Origin: Pavona decussata
Lineage: Eukaryota
Direction of reading: 5' to 3'
Length of the DNA: 64,000 nt
NCBI GenBank assembly: GCA_977016875.1
Contig: CDRNST010000122.1
Span: forward strand, 1,984,001-2,048,000
Under the pieces are notes generated by a model. That model made no database searches. It was not told the DNA's origin and saw nothing but the letters and a program-made list of their open reading frames with translations. Positions 1 through 13,175 of the stretch are shown one piece after another. Made by a program: the position numbers and the translations under genes. How positions within the stretch are numbered: position 1 is the stretch's first letter; each line of letters opens with the position of its first letter.

Positions 1-183
1 GTTGAGTAAACACTTTGTACGCGTCTGTAATTTAAAAGACACCGCATAGAGTAGACAATTAAAGCGGCAGCTATTAGAATTTTTTTCTGGGCCACAAAAG
101 AACGATTTTTTTTTGTCAATTTATGGACGGACAATACAATGTCAAGGTAATAAAAGCATATTTACATAACATCGCTTCTTGCT

Positions 184-387
184 TTCGACGTAGAAAGTAC
201 GTAGTCTTAATACAGATTAGAGTCGAGATTGTATGGGACAATCAAACAACGAATGAATGGATCTTGGGACGCGTATCTGGCACCCCCCGCAGATTTTGCA
301 AGGGCGGATGACATCATCACCAACTTGGCAAAGGAGAGAGGGCCTGGTGATATCGAACGCACTCCCTAATCTTTCATTATTGCTAGT
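184..387 (+). repeat. Dispersed ~200-bp element, copy A (copy B inverted at 27251-27463)
   Basis: Shared blocks GAGTCGAGATT.TATGGGAC, ATGGATCTTGGGACGC, GGGCGGATGACATC, GGCCTGGTGA.ATCGAACG. Confidence 0.8.
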
Positions 388-1054
388 TTAAAGTGTAAGC
401 AAAACATTTTGCAGCGTTGAGGAAACACTCCAGATTTTAGAACACGCAGGAAAAACGGTCTTCCTAAAAATCACTCTCCAAAAGAGTAATCTAAATAAAG
501 ATGACGGAACGAAAGAGAGGTTCTTACAATAGTGATATTTAACCAGCTGAAAAGAAAAAACAGAAAACAGTAAACTTCAACGGCGCTGATGGTGATTGAA
601 GGCCTCGCGACACAGGTGCAAAACCCCCTGAAATGGAGGCCAGACAGGGGAGTCTCAATTAACGGAGACACTCCCACCGCCCGGAGCCTTAACCCTCCCT
701 TTTGATACACCTTTCACACACAACTTACAACAAAAGCTTGTACTCCTTTCTTATGCTTCAAAAATAAGCCAAAGCCTTATTTTTTCAGGCGGCAAACGTA
801 ATTTTAGCTGATTGTAATTTTTATCAGAAATTTCTGCGGTTTTTGCTTGTCTTTCTAATATTTGAATAAAATTCCGTCGTCAGTGAGAACAAAGCCTTGA
901 GAGTGATACCAGGCAGTTTGAACGCTCAAGCCACAATTCTGTAAAAATAGGAAAACGGCTTACTGACACAGTTTCATAGCGGTACCTTTCCAGTTCTGGA
1001 TGCACGCTCGCTCGCGCTATTGAATTAGATCACCCAACTTTTCAGGGTATCTTA

Positions 1055-1752
1055 GGCCCGGTTCAGACGCCGTACTTCACATGAGCCGAATCGAATTCGA
1101 ATTTAGACCGACGCAAATTAATTAATCCCGGCTGAATTGATTCAGACGCCGAACTTAATTCAGCCGAAATTAATTCCCCTAAAAATTGCGGATTCGGGTC
1201 AGCGGTGAAACATACCTTGTAAACACAGCTGGAACATGGCGGACGCTGGTAACAAAATGCAAACAAGAGCCTTTTTTCTGGGAAAAATACTGGAAAACTC
1301 AGCAAAAATCTAGAAGAATCCGAGGAATCTTCATCTTCCTCAAAAATCGAACAGTTGTTGCAAATGGGAATTTACATTTCAAACATTTATATTTTGTCGT
1401 GCTAAAACACGAACTACACATGTCAGCTTCGCTAGAACTCGTCACAGAAAGTTTTGCCCGCCAGGCCGCCATGTTGTTTTTTTCTTCAACACTCTTCTAC
1501 GCATGTTTTAAGGGAAAACCGTTGGGAAAAATACATTATAATAACTTATGCATTCGATTCGGCTCATGTGAAGTACGGCGTCTGAATCAAAGCCGTTCTA
1601 CAGCCGTTATTCCCGGCTGAGCCAGGCGGGAAAAATTGCTGAGCCGATCCGAATTAAGGCCGTTCTGAATTGATTCAGAGGCCGTACTTCACATGAACTT
1701 AATTCATTGGATTCGTTTCGGCTCATGTGAAGTACGGCGTCTGAACCGGGCC
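1055..1752. mobile_element. PIF/Harbinger-type MITE
   Basis: Perfect TIR of about 36 bp GGCCCGGTTCAGACGCCGTACTTCACATGAGCCGAA at both ends; TTA duplication at 1052-1054 and 1753-1755; internal partial TIR copies near 1135, 1555 and 1670. Confidence 0.85.
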
Positions 1753-1823
1753 TTACAATATTTTTAATTTAATTCATTCTTTCACAAGAATCATATAAAT
1801 GACCTTACTCCCTTTCCTTTCAG

Positions 1824-4070
1824 GGTGTCTTCTTTGTCGGAAACAATACACCGAACCTTGTCCTTCACACGGTTTACGCTTCGCCTCAAACAAAATCAGC
1901 GATTTTCAGCGGAGTAGAGCTCTCAGTTCTCTTCCGCTGGAAGTGTGTCTATGCGTGTCGAGTATCCCTGGTGCTGGGTTAGGAGTTTGCACGAAGGAGC
2001 ATATCCCAGCAGGCACTTGGATCGGACCATTTGAAGGCAAACGAGTTCAGCTTGATGACGTCAAACCAGGCACGGACACGTCATACATGTGGGAGGTATG
2101 CAGTGATTGGTTCTATGCACAGTATGAGTTTTACCAACAGTGATCAACAGTTGTTTTCTCCTTACAATATAAAGACACTGCCAAACACAGTGGAACCCCG
2201 ATATCACGAACCCCTATGTGTAACGAAATCCCCGGTAAAACGAACGATATTTTTCGGCCTAGTTATAGTACAATGTATGTAATAGAATCGTGATATAACA
2301 CGCCCGTTGTAACGAACAAATTTTTATATCGGGGCTCCACTGTAGAACGAGGTGGTAGGAATACAGAAATCATCAACTAACCGAGCTTCATATGACACCG
2401 CATGTATTCTTGGCCCTAAGTTGATCGCCAGTTGTCCCATCCCTGAATCTCCTATCCTAAACATGGTATTACGTTATCACAAAGAGGTCTAGCTTGTAAT
2501 CACCAAGGTGGATGGAAAACGGTTGGGTAGTAAAGGAGCTTGAATAGCACAAAGCAATAGTTAATCTCCACTGAGATCTCAATATTCGCCGGTGTTTGGG
2601 ATGGAACATTTAGTCACGAAAACACCAACCTAGACTAACCCAGTAAATTTTGCCCTTTGCAGATTTTTGAAGACAACAAGTTGAGTCATTTTCTTGATGG
2701 TAAGGACGAGGGTCATTCAAGTTGGATGCGCTTTATACAATGCGCACGTTCTAAAGATGAACAGAATCTTTTCGCGTTTCAGTACAAGGACAATGTTTAC
2801 TACCGCTCATTCAGGGATATCGCTGTTGGTGAAGAATTTCTTGTGTGGTACGATGACAGATATCTACAACACTTTGGTATCCCTACAGGGCTGCACGACA
2901 TGTGCTTCGTTACACATGATGCTGAAGGTAGGTTAATTTCCGTTTGGTTTAATGAGGACACTAATCCACATGATAAAGGACCAGTCCACACTGACCATAT
3001 CTGGATAAGAAAAGACGCGTTTTCAGATTTCTCTGCATAAGTGTGGACGGGGGCTACGACTGCGAGAATAATTTGTTTTCTTGTACTTCCATTTTCCAAG
3101 GATTTTGACGAATTTGTCTCGGTTAGAATACTCCATTAAAATTTCGTTTTCAAATTTTCCTTGTCGCTTTTAAGATTTCTCTGCGACAACCTCATGATTT
3201 CTAGATTCTCTACAGTCGATACTCGATCCTGATTTCTCAGTTTTCGATTCTCTATCTTCGCAAGTATCGAGTATCGAGAATCGAAAGAGACAGTAAAGTA
3301 TTAGTTGACATTCTAAAGTATAATTTGTTGGTACTCTATCTGGTGAAAGGTGACGGGTTACATTGAAACCACGCTGGATTAAAATAATTAAGCGCAATTT
3401 ATCTTACCTTTCTTTCTTCTCCTTTGCTTGTTCATTACCAGGAAGTAAACCAAAGCAAACACCAAAGCCTGCCGAACAAAAACTTCCTCAATCACCGCAA
3501 CAAGAACAAGAACAACAACAACAGCAGCAACCACTTTTACAATTCCCTTTGCAGAGCACAGTTGCTTCACTTTCCAGAAGATTATCAACTGACAGCAATC
3601 TTACAGACCAGCGGTCCTCACCTGTCAGTGACTTAGAAAGTGACGTCAGTGATCCTGGAAGTAACGAAATTTCCATTGCCAAGAGTCCTGTGGGCGAACT
3701 GACGTCATGGCAGTGTCAGCAGTGTTACAAAACTTTTACTCAGCGGGTTGCTTTACAAATGCACGTGTGTCCATGCCAACCAGCCAAACCTTATCAATGT
3801 GGACAATGCAGCCTGGCCTTCTCCAATCCCTCGCTTCTGCGTGCGCATGTGATCTCGCATTCCAGCGAGAAGCCATTTAAATGCGGTTTCTGTTCGCGCG
3901 CTTTTGCGGGTGCGACTACGTTGAACAATCACATTCGATCACACATGGGACAAAAACCTTTTGGGTGCGACAAATGCGGCAAAACGTTCTCCCAGCCGGG
4001 ACTGCTGGCCAGGCACGCGAGGAATCCGCGCGAGTGTAAAGGTGCTCCACTCTCGCCCTTTAAAGCTTGA
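1824..4070 (+). CDS. PRDM6: PRDM6-like PR/SET zinc-finger protein, paralog 1 (5'-partial). Exons 1824-2095, 2663-2927, 3442-4070
   Basis: Knuckle CLLC..CPSH; PR motifs [35 protein letters not shown]; fingers [38 protein letters not shown] (PRDM6 signature). AG/GT boundaries keep frame (phases 1,0,1). No upstream pre-SET exon found in the window. Confidence 0.9.
2188..2342. mobile_element. Short Tc1/mariner (pogo/Tigger-like) MITE in an intron of paralog 1
   Basis: CAGTGGAACCCCGATAT ... ATATCGGGGCTCCACTG inverted ends; TA on the right, CA on the left. Confidence 0.65.
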
Positions 4071-4208
4071 GTCAATTGCAATTTGTTTATTAGGTTGATA
4101 TTTGAATTCTCTCTAATTTGGAGGTCAAAACATTTTTTTAATTAAATCTATTGGAAGACCAGAATTTTGTATGGAAACAGTGTTAGATTGTATAACGTGA
4201 CCCTAGGA

Positions 4209-4214
4209 AATAAA
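4209..4214 (+). terminator. Candidate polyadenylation signal of paralog 1
   Basis: AATAAA about 140 nt after the stop codon, followed by a GT/T-rich tract. Confidence 0.45.
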
Positions 4215-5757
4215 CTTTAACAAGTTCTGAGCGAACTGTGTTGTTCTTTTGACTGTTTAATAACATGCAGAAGAGAAAGCGTTATTGCACAGGAAGTGAC
4301 AATGATCAATACACACTCAGAATCACGACTGTTTCTAAATTGCTTAAACCAATCGGTGAGTTTGATAAAATCTGGCAGCGTCACCTCAACATCTTATAAG
4401 TTTTGTGGTCGTTTCTCAGACGGGAAAAGCGCTGCCCATTTTTTCCATCCATTCTCGAGAATTCGGAGGAGGACTGGTATCGAGTGCACCCAGTCAAAGC
4501 GTTGTTTTATAATTGCCTATGCCGCATGCGCGACTTAAATTGAGACGAACTCGAAGAACTGTTGTTATTCATATGGCGTCTCTTGTGTTGGTAGCTTAAG
4601 AGCGTTATTTTGTCTGATATCTAAAGCTTTATGAAGAAAGACATTCTGCAAATACCTCAACAGACGTGGATTTTTGACTTCAAAAGGTTTATTATCTTAT
4701 TGTTCATTTTTCTCTGTCGGCATCCAGCATTCAATAAAAGAAAAAAAAATGATTTCCATTATCTTGCCTTCATTTTCTTCTATAGCTTATTAACAAATGG
4801 AGTTCATTATTGTTGTAACTTGCGATTGTGTTTATGGTTCATTAACTTTGCATTTTCTGTTGATATCACAACGACATTTTTCAAGTCAGTATTAATCGAA
4901 GTAGTTGTACGTGCATTGATAAGGTGAAATTCTCTGCTGAAATGATTCGCGACTCCTTCCAGTTATCCATTTGAGTGTAGCGTTCTTTGTCGCGAAATTC
5001 TAAGATTGTTGAATACGTGATCATTGACGCAGACATTAATTCTTCCACCCCTTAATTTCTATTGTTTTCTTTTCCCCAATGAGCACAAAATAACCTAAAG
5101 TTGATTATAAAATGCTGCACTAGTGAGGGCAAACTAGTATTAAAGGACGCTCTCTAGGCTGTTGACGATTTGTCTTCTAGTTTCGTGATTTGGGTAAAGC
5201 AAAATGCGAGAATTTAAACTTTCTATTTAAGTGTGCGCATGAGCAGCCATGTATGTTAGTGGGACAATCTTACTTTTTGTATTCTTTAAATGATGGAGCC
5301 ACAAATTTTGGCAAAGCTTTTATGGATTGAAATTCCTTATATAAATGGTGAATGAGAATCCTTGAGAAACTTCAAAGAATAAATATTCCGTTTTAAATCC
5401 AAGTGTTATTGTATTGTTAATACTTCCAAACAGCGGCCAAGCGCAAAGACAAAAGACAAAAGCCTTTTGGAGGTTTTGTCTTCCTCCGTATTATTGGTGG
5501 TAGTTCTCCGTGAAATAATTCAGTTTATTTGTCCTAAGAAGCTGTCAATATTGCATAAACAGGCGTGCTTTTAAAGTCCGCCTTTCGCTAAATTGGATTG
5601 CCAGTCTCTTTAAACTAATCAGCTATTCGGAGCTCAATTTCAAGCGCGCAAGTCGTGAGGTGTTCAAAGAGGAGCCGAACTCCCCAAAGCTTCAAATCAG
5701 TCGCATTTTAGCATCTTTGCACAGAAATTCAAGCAGCAGTGATTTGAGGTGTTAGAA

Positions 5758-8700
5758 ATGGCACATGAGACCCAGGTAAGTGTTGTTAGTGTAGATTGGG
5801 TGTGTAAGCTGTGAGTAAGCTTTTGGGGGCGATGAATGCCACAAGGAATTTAAGTAAAGAATTGAAGTAAAGATTACGCTATTTAGTAAGGGTCTTGGGA
5901 TATTTTAAACCCAAGGAATGTTTGGTCTTTATTGCAGTTTGTAAAGACCGCAAAACTCCGCCAGATTTTCTTTGGTTTCTTCACCCTGCAGTCGCTAGGC
6001 TAGTTACGCCTCGATGAGTTGAGTTTCCTGCGCAGATTGCCGCAAACGCCAGCTTTCCAACAAAATGAAGCGCATTTGCGACATGACTCGATCGTAGGAA
6101 ACGGCTAAAATATGAAAATGGATTTCGTCTGTGTATTTGTTGTTTAAAGGTTTTGGAAAGGCACTAAAAGTTGGTTTGCGCAGCTAATTATGCAAGAAAA
6201 CAGAACTTCTAAAGGGGAAAAACAATAGAGCAAAGAAATGCCTTGGTTATTCGACGTTTTAGACGTTTTTCACCAAAAACTTACGTTTCCTCTTTTTTTT
6301 GAACGTACTAGACCTGTTTCAATGTTGCAGTAATGTTTTCAAACAGGAAGGAAATGAAATTTTCAAAAAAGTCTTCAAAAGTTTGAACAATGCCTATTTA
6401 CTTTTAATATTCAGAAAAGAACGATCTGCTCCATTGAGTTTGGTAATTTAAGCAATGGGACGTTTGTGAATATTTTGTTCATGGTTGGGCTCACGGATAC
6501 GTTTAATTCGTGCATCACTGGAGCTGGCAGTGAATTCAAAACAGACAAACGTCTTTGGAGAATGTTCTTACAAGCATAACTTCTCGATACTTCCTTCCTG
6601 TCGAATCATTTTGACTTGAATTTGTTTACGGGGCGTGAGCTAAGTGTTTTGATTGCGGTGTAAATTCGGCTGAAAATTGTTTTCCTTTTGAATTGCGTTT
6701 GTTTGCCATGTTATTTATTGATCGATATACACTTAGCTTGTCCCCGACTCTCGTACGCTTCAGGATAAACGTACGACAGCGCGCCAAACAAAGAAAATGA
6801 ACAAACAATTAAACAAAGCTAGAGTATTTTCCTGCGTGTTCGCGCGTTGCTCGAGTCCGGCCGAGTCAGCTAGAACAACTCTTTGAATTTTCGCTTTACT
6901 GCTGAAAACAGCACGCATTTATGATTTTATTGTATTTTTTTGCTAGGAACCAAAAGTTAGTAATCCTTTCCTGGAGAACCTGCGCAAATACACCGGGCTT
7001 TATGAGCCTGTGGTCAAGCGAGCAAAGCTCTCGTCATCATTATCACCAACACAAGTCGCTCCAGTGCAGACCCCAAAGAAGCACACATTCACTGTAGATG
7101 ATATACAGAAATGCCTTTTTAACACGTCAAGCATACAGCCAGTTAATACTCAGGAGCTGATCACCAAAGGTCAAGGAATTGCTTGTTTCTGTAAGTATAT
7201 AAACTATATAGATTTTAAATTATGTTGTTCTTGTACATGCATAATTGATCAACAGATTCTCTTCCTTTCGTGCGCTCCGCTTTGGTAATTCAGTAATTCG
7301 GCCTGCTTCGATGGGTATTGAAAAATCACGCAAAAGCGTTTGAAAAAACCAACTTTTTCACTGCCATCAAATGTTTTTTCATGGCAATCTAAATATTGGT
7401 TTAATACTAAAAACAGTTGATGTTGATCACAATTACTAAAACGGCATTAAAGTAACTAACCGGCCCCCGCGCTTGCGTGTTTCTTTAGCACTTTGCTTAC
7501 AACAGAATATTCAGAATTAATTGTTTAGTAGTCAAGCAGAATTCAAGTTTAATCGTCTTAATATTGTATTGATTTTCCAGGGTGTGACGCAAGCTCAACA
7601 AATCCAAGCTTTCAGTGTCCCCACCACAGAAATGAATCACCTACATCTCAACAAAACTCACAGCTACCACTGGCTGTAAGATCACTTCCGCCGGAAGTTG
7701 GGTTATGTACGTCAAGCATTCCCGGGGCAGGGTATGGTATTTGTGCCAAGCGAAAGATTCCTGTTGGTGCATGGATTGGTCCGTACGAAGGAAAATTTGT
7801 GAAGCCTGAAGAGCTGTCTTCATCCACGGATACATCCTACATGTGGGAGGTAGGTTTTCGTCACAAAATAAATTGATACGTTCAGATCCAACATCACACA
7901 TTCATTTCTCGGGCATGACCAGTTCTCCTCTTACTAGACTCTAGGCAATTCTCTCTTTCCCCCGTACATTGCCGAGCCAGAAGCGAAACACAAGCCACGT
8001 CTGAACACGAAAAATAGCCTCTTGCAAGCCCGTATTCTTTAACCACCGTTCACTCAATCAACTTTGTTCGTGCTTGCTTGCATCCTCAGATCTTCAAGGA
8101 CGGTAAATTGGCGGGCTTTGTGGACGGGAGTGACGAAAGAGTGTCAAGCTGGATGCGTTTCATCCGCTGCGCCAGACACAAAAATGAACAGAACCTGTTT
8201 GCCTTCCAGTACTTGGGAAAAGTGTACTACCGCTCATTCAAAGCAGTCCTGCCTGGAGAAGAAATGCTGGTCTGGTACGATGACAAATATCCCCAATACC
8301 ATGGTATTCCCAGAATCATCTTTGATATGGGTGCAGTTACGACACAAGGTAAGGGTCCCCAAAAGCGATCCAGGGCACCTTGTATTTCTGTGTGATAAAA
8401 ATTATGAGTAACTGCATGGTCCCAGAAAGTAATGATGGTTACTTTTTTTTCCATAGGAGGTCAGCCAGAAAAATCAGGGACTGTTCAGTCTGAAGCGAAG
8501 GAGTATGCATCATTTGAGACCGTAATGGCGCCAAATCATTTTCCACCCACACCTCCCAGCTCAGTCCCTTCACCCTCCAGTCCGCCTTCACCTAACAGCC
8601 AGCAAAACTCTCCCAAAGCATTCAGTGGCGAACCAGTCAGCGGCCTGCAGAGTGAAGTAACTTCCGCCTTCGACTTTTCGGTAGCCACTATGAGCCGTAA

Positions 8701-9196
8701 AAGGCCGCACTTTCCCCCGTCGCCGGCACCGGTGTCTTCACCAGAGAGCATTAGGAGCGACACTGCTTCACCCAACCGCAGTGAAGATGGAAATAGTAGC
8801 CCAACAATAGCAAAACAGCAAGTTTATTCCAATATCACGGAGCTGAGCCTATGGAAATGCGGTCAGTGTAAGAAGTCCTTCCCCCAGCGGACCATGCTCC
8901 AAGTTCACATCTGTAACCAGGCTCCAAAGAAACCATATCAGTGCGGCCACTGTACGCAAAGCTTCTCTCAGCCAGCAGAGCTGCGCGCGCATGCTGTCAT
9001 TCATGCCAGTAAGAAGCCATTCAAGTGTGGCTACTGTTCCCGCGCTTTTGCCGGCGCCACCACTTTGAACAACCACATCAGAACACACACTGGCGAAAAA
9101 CCGTTCGTGTGCGACAAATGCGGCAAGCATTTTACACAGGGTTCCCAACTTAGCAGGCACCAGAGAATTCCGGGAGACTGTGTGGCATTAGAGTGA
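5758..9196 (+). CDS. PRDM6: PRDM6-like protein, paralog 2 (~509 aa, closest to canonical PRDM6). Exons 5758-5775, 6947-7190, 7581-7849, 8090-8348, 8457-9196
   Basis: ATG exon MAHETQ|gtaagt; pre-[14 protein letters not shown]; knuckle CFWC..CPHH spanning a splice junction; complete PR domain; fingers [54 protein letters not shown] closely match vertebrate PRDM6 as I recall it. Exon lengths sum to 1530 nt (in frame). Confidence 0.92.
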
Positions 9197-9415
9197 AAAA
9201 TAGGAGGAAAAAAGCCCCTGAAGGACACTGATACTAAAATGAAAATACCTCAGGACTTATAACATGTTTGTGAATATAGAATGAACATTTTTGAACGACC
9301 TTTATTAAGGAAGGTGATGTAAATTCCATATATAGAACATGACCAACAGGTGATAGCATTTCGTTGGCGAAAAGTTGGCAACAAGGAATCGACTAAAAAC
9401 TAGTTTTTTGTAAAA

Positions 9416-9421
9416 AATAAA
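9416..9421 (+). terminator. Candidate polyadenylation signal of paralog 2
   Basis: First AATAAA after the stop codon at 9196. Confidence 0.35.
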
Positions 9422-11622
9422 TTAATTAATAAGTTCAGTATTTTGAGCGAAGAGGAAACAAGACAGTAAACTTTCGTTACAAACGTAGATGAAAGTAAAA
9501 AAAAAAAACTAACAATATCATTATAGGTTCCAGCAGGTATTTGAACGTTTTACTCGCACGTAAAACTAAATATCCTTACGTTTTCACAGAAAGACGACAT
9601 TTCCAGCGTTTCATATTTGTGGAGTGCCGAAAAATTAATTAAGTTGTAAATAAAATATTTTGTAAGATAAACCACCGTAACTTTGGAAATAAACAAAAGT
9701 GCAAACTGTTTGCCCCACTGGTTCCTCATAACCTCAATTCGTGAATTTTCTATTCACATTTCGCACGCGAAATCGCCCACGCTCGAGTACACGCAATTCG
9801 TTACGCGACTTCGCGCACGTACAACACGCCTGCGCGCACGTTTGCATGTTGTTTTTCCAACTCGTCGAAAGTAATCAACTTCCTTCCTACTTTGCAAAGT
9901 TCGTGCTTTTTCAGGAATCAATCAAGTCTCTGTGTTATTTAGAATCGAATGAACGTTTTATTTTGCCCTCTTACACGCCAACGGTTCCTTTCTAAAACAC
10001 AGACATTTTAGAAGAAGCAATGGAACTGTCTGGAGATTTGAAGAGTTAAAATTACTATCAATCTATCTTTATTAATTGTGATACAATCACCTTCCTGTGA
10101 TGAATGCATTTCGTAAGCTCATTAAACCTCCGTTTATCGTATCGTCGGTGTTTTGGTGCAAGACGACCGAAAAATGCAACTTATTTATTGTTATATGGCC
10201 TAAATTTCTTTAGTTTTCAGAGCTCAGTGACTACTCAGTCCTTTTAACTTTCATTGAATCCCTTTTGTTTAAAGTATTTGCCTTCACGCTGCTTAGTTCC
10301 TTTATTTCCCTTCCTCGGGGGATGCATTCCGGTAGACTAAAGCCCCGCCTAGAAATTTAAACACCCTTTACTTTAAAAGCCCTTCAGTTTTAAATTGATT
10401 ACAAAAACGTCACCCATGTTATTACGCTTTCCATGAAAACTGTCTTCACTTTTGAATTTTATGATCGCTTTCCTTAATGAACGTTGTCTTTTCTATCAAG
10501 GAAGATGCAGGGAGAGTAAATTCCTACGTTCATAAGATTAAAGCTAAAACTAAAAGTTATTTTGTCCATCAATAATAACTCACAGTTCGTTGACTTCTTT
10601 GAAGAAGCCGACTCAATAAGCAGGGTGACTTATTTGCATGTCCTAATATAAGTGCTCCTTTAAACTGTTTTCTTGATTTCGCAATAGCCGTCGCAATTAA
10701 TCTTAACACATTTGCATATGAAACGAGAAAAGGGAGGAGAGATTAATGCATCGTGGCGCCTATTAAAAGAAATCTAAAAATAAAGCCTCCACTATTGTGG
10801 TCTTTTGATGATCAGTTCGAAGGCAAAGAGCCAAACAACTTGAAAACCATTTAAAGTTGCACGTTGCGTTTCCGACCACACTTTGTACTCTGTTTGTAAC
10901 AAATACTACTCGTCGACAAAGTAAGGTTCTATACAGCTGCTTCGCTTGAGGAGACAGGCACGAAATTCAAAACAAAACAAAGCAAAACAACAAAACAATT
11001 ACCCAAAACATCACACTCTCTCCCCACTCCTTCCGCAACACGTGTCTCACTCCAAAGAGAAACCGGATGCGTGTTTCCGTTTCCTGGGAAACGATTTGAA
11101 TTCAGCGGAAATGGGGGACATGCAACAGGAGAGCACATCCGCTTCCTCTGTGTAGCAAACGTCAAATGATACTTTTTCAAGGCTTCCGCAAAGTTTCAAG
11201 TTTTTTCTTGATTTTCCTGGTTCTTTACATGATCACCGGAGGGTTATTATATTGTGAGTCTAATATTGTTGATCAGAAACATAACACTAACATCAAGATT
11301 TCCGCTATCAGCCACAGCTCTCAGTATTGTTGAAACTAAATTACGTGATGACTGCTACGCTAAAGAGCTACGATTAAGAGGCTAAACTCTAGCTAAGTAG
11401 GTATGGTCTTGTTCGTTCTGTTCACTCTTAAACTTCTCCCTCCTCCCCTCTACCCTCATACAGTGTGTTAATTCCAAGCTAAGTAAAGAGAGAGACGTTT
11501 GTGAACGAGGCAATAAATTCCATGCTGATGTCGTAGAGTCACCCGGTGCTTTGAATATGTTTATCACGTGAACCAATCCGTAGCAGTCATGTGATCGGTG
11601 TAGACGTTTTTCTCTTAGATTA

Positions 11623-11934
11623 GGGTGTGTTTACATGATATCAGTATAGCTTTCATTCCGATTCGAGATGAAAACGTCCAACCCCATTTAACTGAACTAA
11701 AGTTAATATAAAACGATCAGTCACTGGTACTGCGTTAACATGACTCTGTTGCGCGTTTTCAGTACCTATCGGAACGATTAAATCGATCCGGTACAACTAC
11801 CTGTGTGAATTCGTATCAGTATGGTGATACCGCGGATACAACTTTTTGGTCCAGCGCCAATGTCATGATAACGAACGGAACCAGGATGATCTCATACCTG
11901 TTTGAAAGTCTACAAAATCATGTAAAGACATCCC
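11623..11934. mobile_element. Degenerate Harbinger-like MITE
   Basis: GGGTGTGTTTACATGA ... TCATGTAAAGACATCCC imperfect TIRs, preceded by TTA. Confidence 0.55.
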
Positions 11935-12591
11935 TACCTTAGTCGTCTATTTTGTGGAAATCCCAGCGTCTTTCGAGTGGTCTTTATAACTTCACAAAAA
12001 ATTGCAACTATTTTTTTACATAAGGTAAATTTTATAATTTGCCTGTCTTTTCCTAAGGTTAAGAGGAATGTTTCTTAAGACAAACTTATTGATGAAATTG
12101 CTCCTTTTTTCCTGTAAAAACATGGCCCAAAGGTCTTCAAAACACTCAATTCGAATTATTTTTGAATATTTTTTAATGGTTTGCGAAGCCTTGACTACAG
12201 CTGATCAATCCTTCAAGGACAATTGTTGTGTTGATCAAAAGATGCTGATTTAACTGCAGACTATAAAAACAAGAAGCTCAGGAGTTAGTTTGCTTTACAA
12301 TTGAACTAAAAAAACCTAAGGGATAATATTGAGTATTAAAGTGGAATAAAATGAGTGTTCTATGCTAATCTGTGATGTCTTCAAACTGATTTCAGCACTA
12401 TCACATGTATCAGGTATCAAATATACAAAAACGGACGCCTCAAGCCTTTCTGTAAGTGCCGACGCACATTGCGCTCTTTCGTTTTGCAAGGTATTGTAGT
12501 TTTTATTCTGTATTCTCTTATACCATTTTTTCCTTTTGTTTTAAGTAATTTTTTGATACGCCGGTATTCACAGAAGGAGCATGACAACATA

Positions 12592-13008
12592 CAGTAAAAA
12601 CCCGCATATAAGAACCTAGAATTCTCGAGGTCAGGCTGAACAGGTTCTTATATTTTAGGGTAGCTTTTTACAATTCAGGCTGATTAGGTTCTTAATAGGT
12701 TCTTATTTTTCAGAGGTTGTCGTAGTGTAACCATTGGCAGAAATCGTCTATAAACCGTCTATATTGAACAATAGCCTTATGGAAAACATATTTCTAGTGA
12801 AACTCCAAACAAATGTAAATCAAAGAAAACATATATACACAATAACTTTTTGTCACACAATTAAAATCCAGAATGTTGACCATCAAAATTGGAGTGATTG
12901 TTTTTGTATAAGAACCAATTTCTTTGCCAGGCTGAACACGTTCTTATATTTTTGGGTATTTAAATGCCAAATTTCAGCCTGTAGGTTCTTATATGCGGGT
13001 TTTTACTG
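12592..13008. mobile_element. Tc1/mariner-type MITE just downstream of the paralog 3 stop codon
   Basis: Perfect 26-bp TIR CAGTAAAAACCCGCATATAAGAACCT; TA on both flanks (12590-12591, 13009-13010). Confidence 0.85.
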
Positions 13009-13175
13009 TACGCAAGGTCATTTGCTCACACACACTGAATATTTCGAAAAAAAGTTACGAGTTTTAAAACTTGTAGATCAAATAAATCAAACTGAAAGTA
13101 TCGTATTGTGATTGACAGCAATTGTTAGACAAAAAGATAGACACTTCGTTCCTTCTTTTTCATTCAAGCAAGCTT

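Noticed and set aside
1186-1620. 144-aa ORF on the + strand
   Set aside because: Lies wholly within the Harbinger-type MITE; no transposase or other domain motif.
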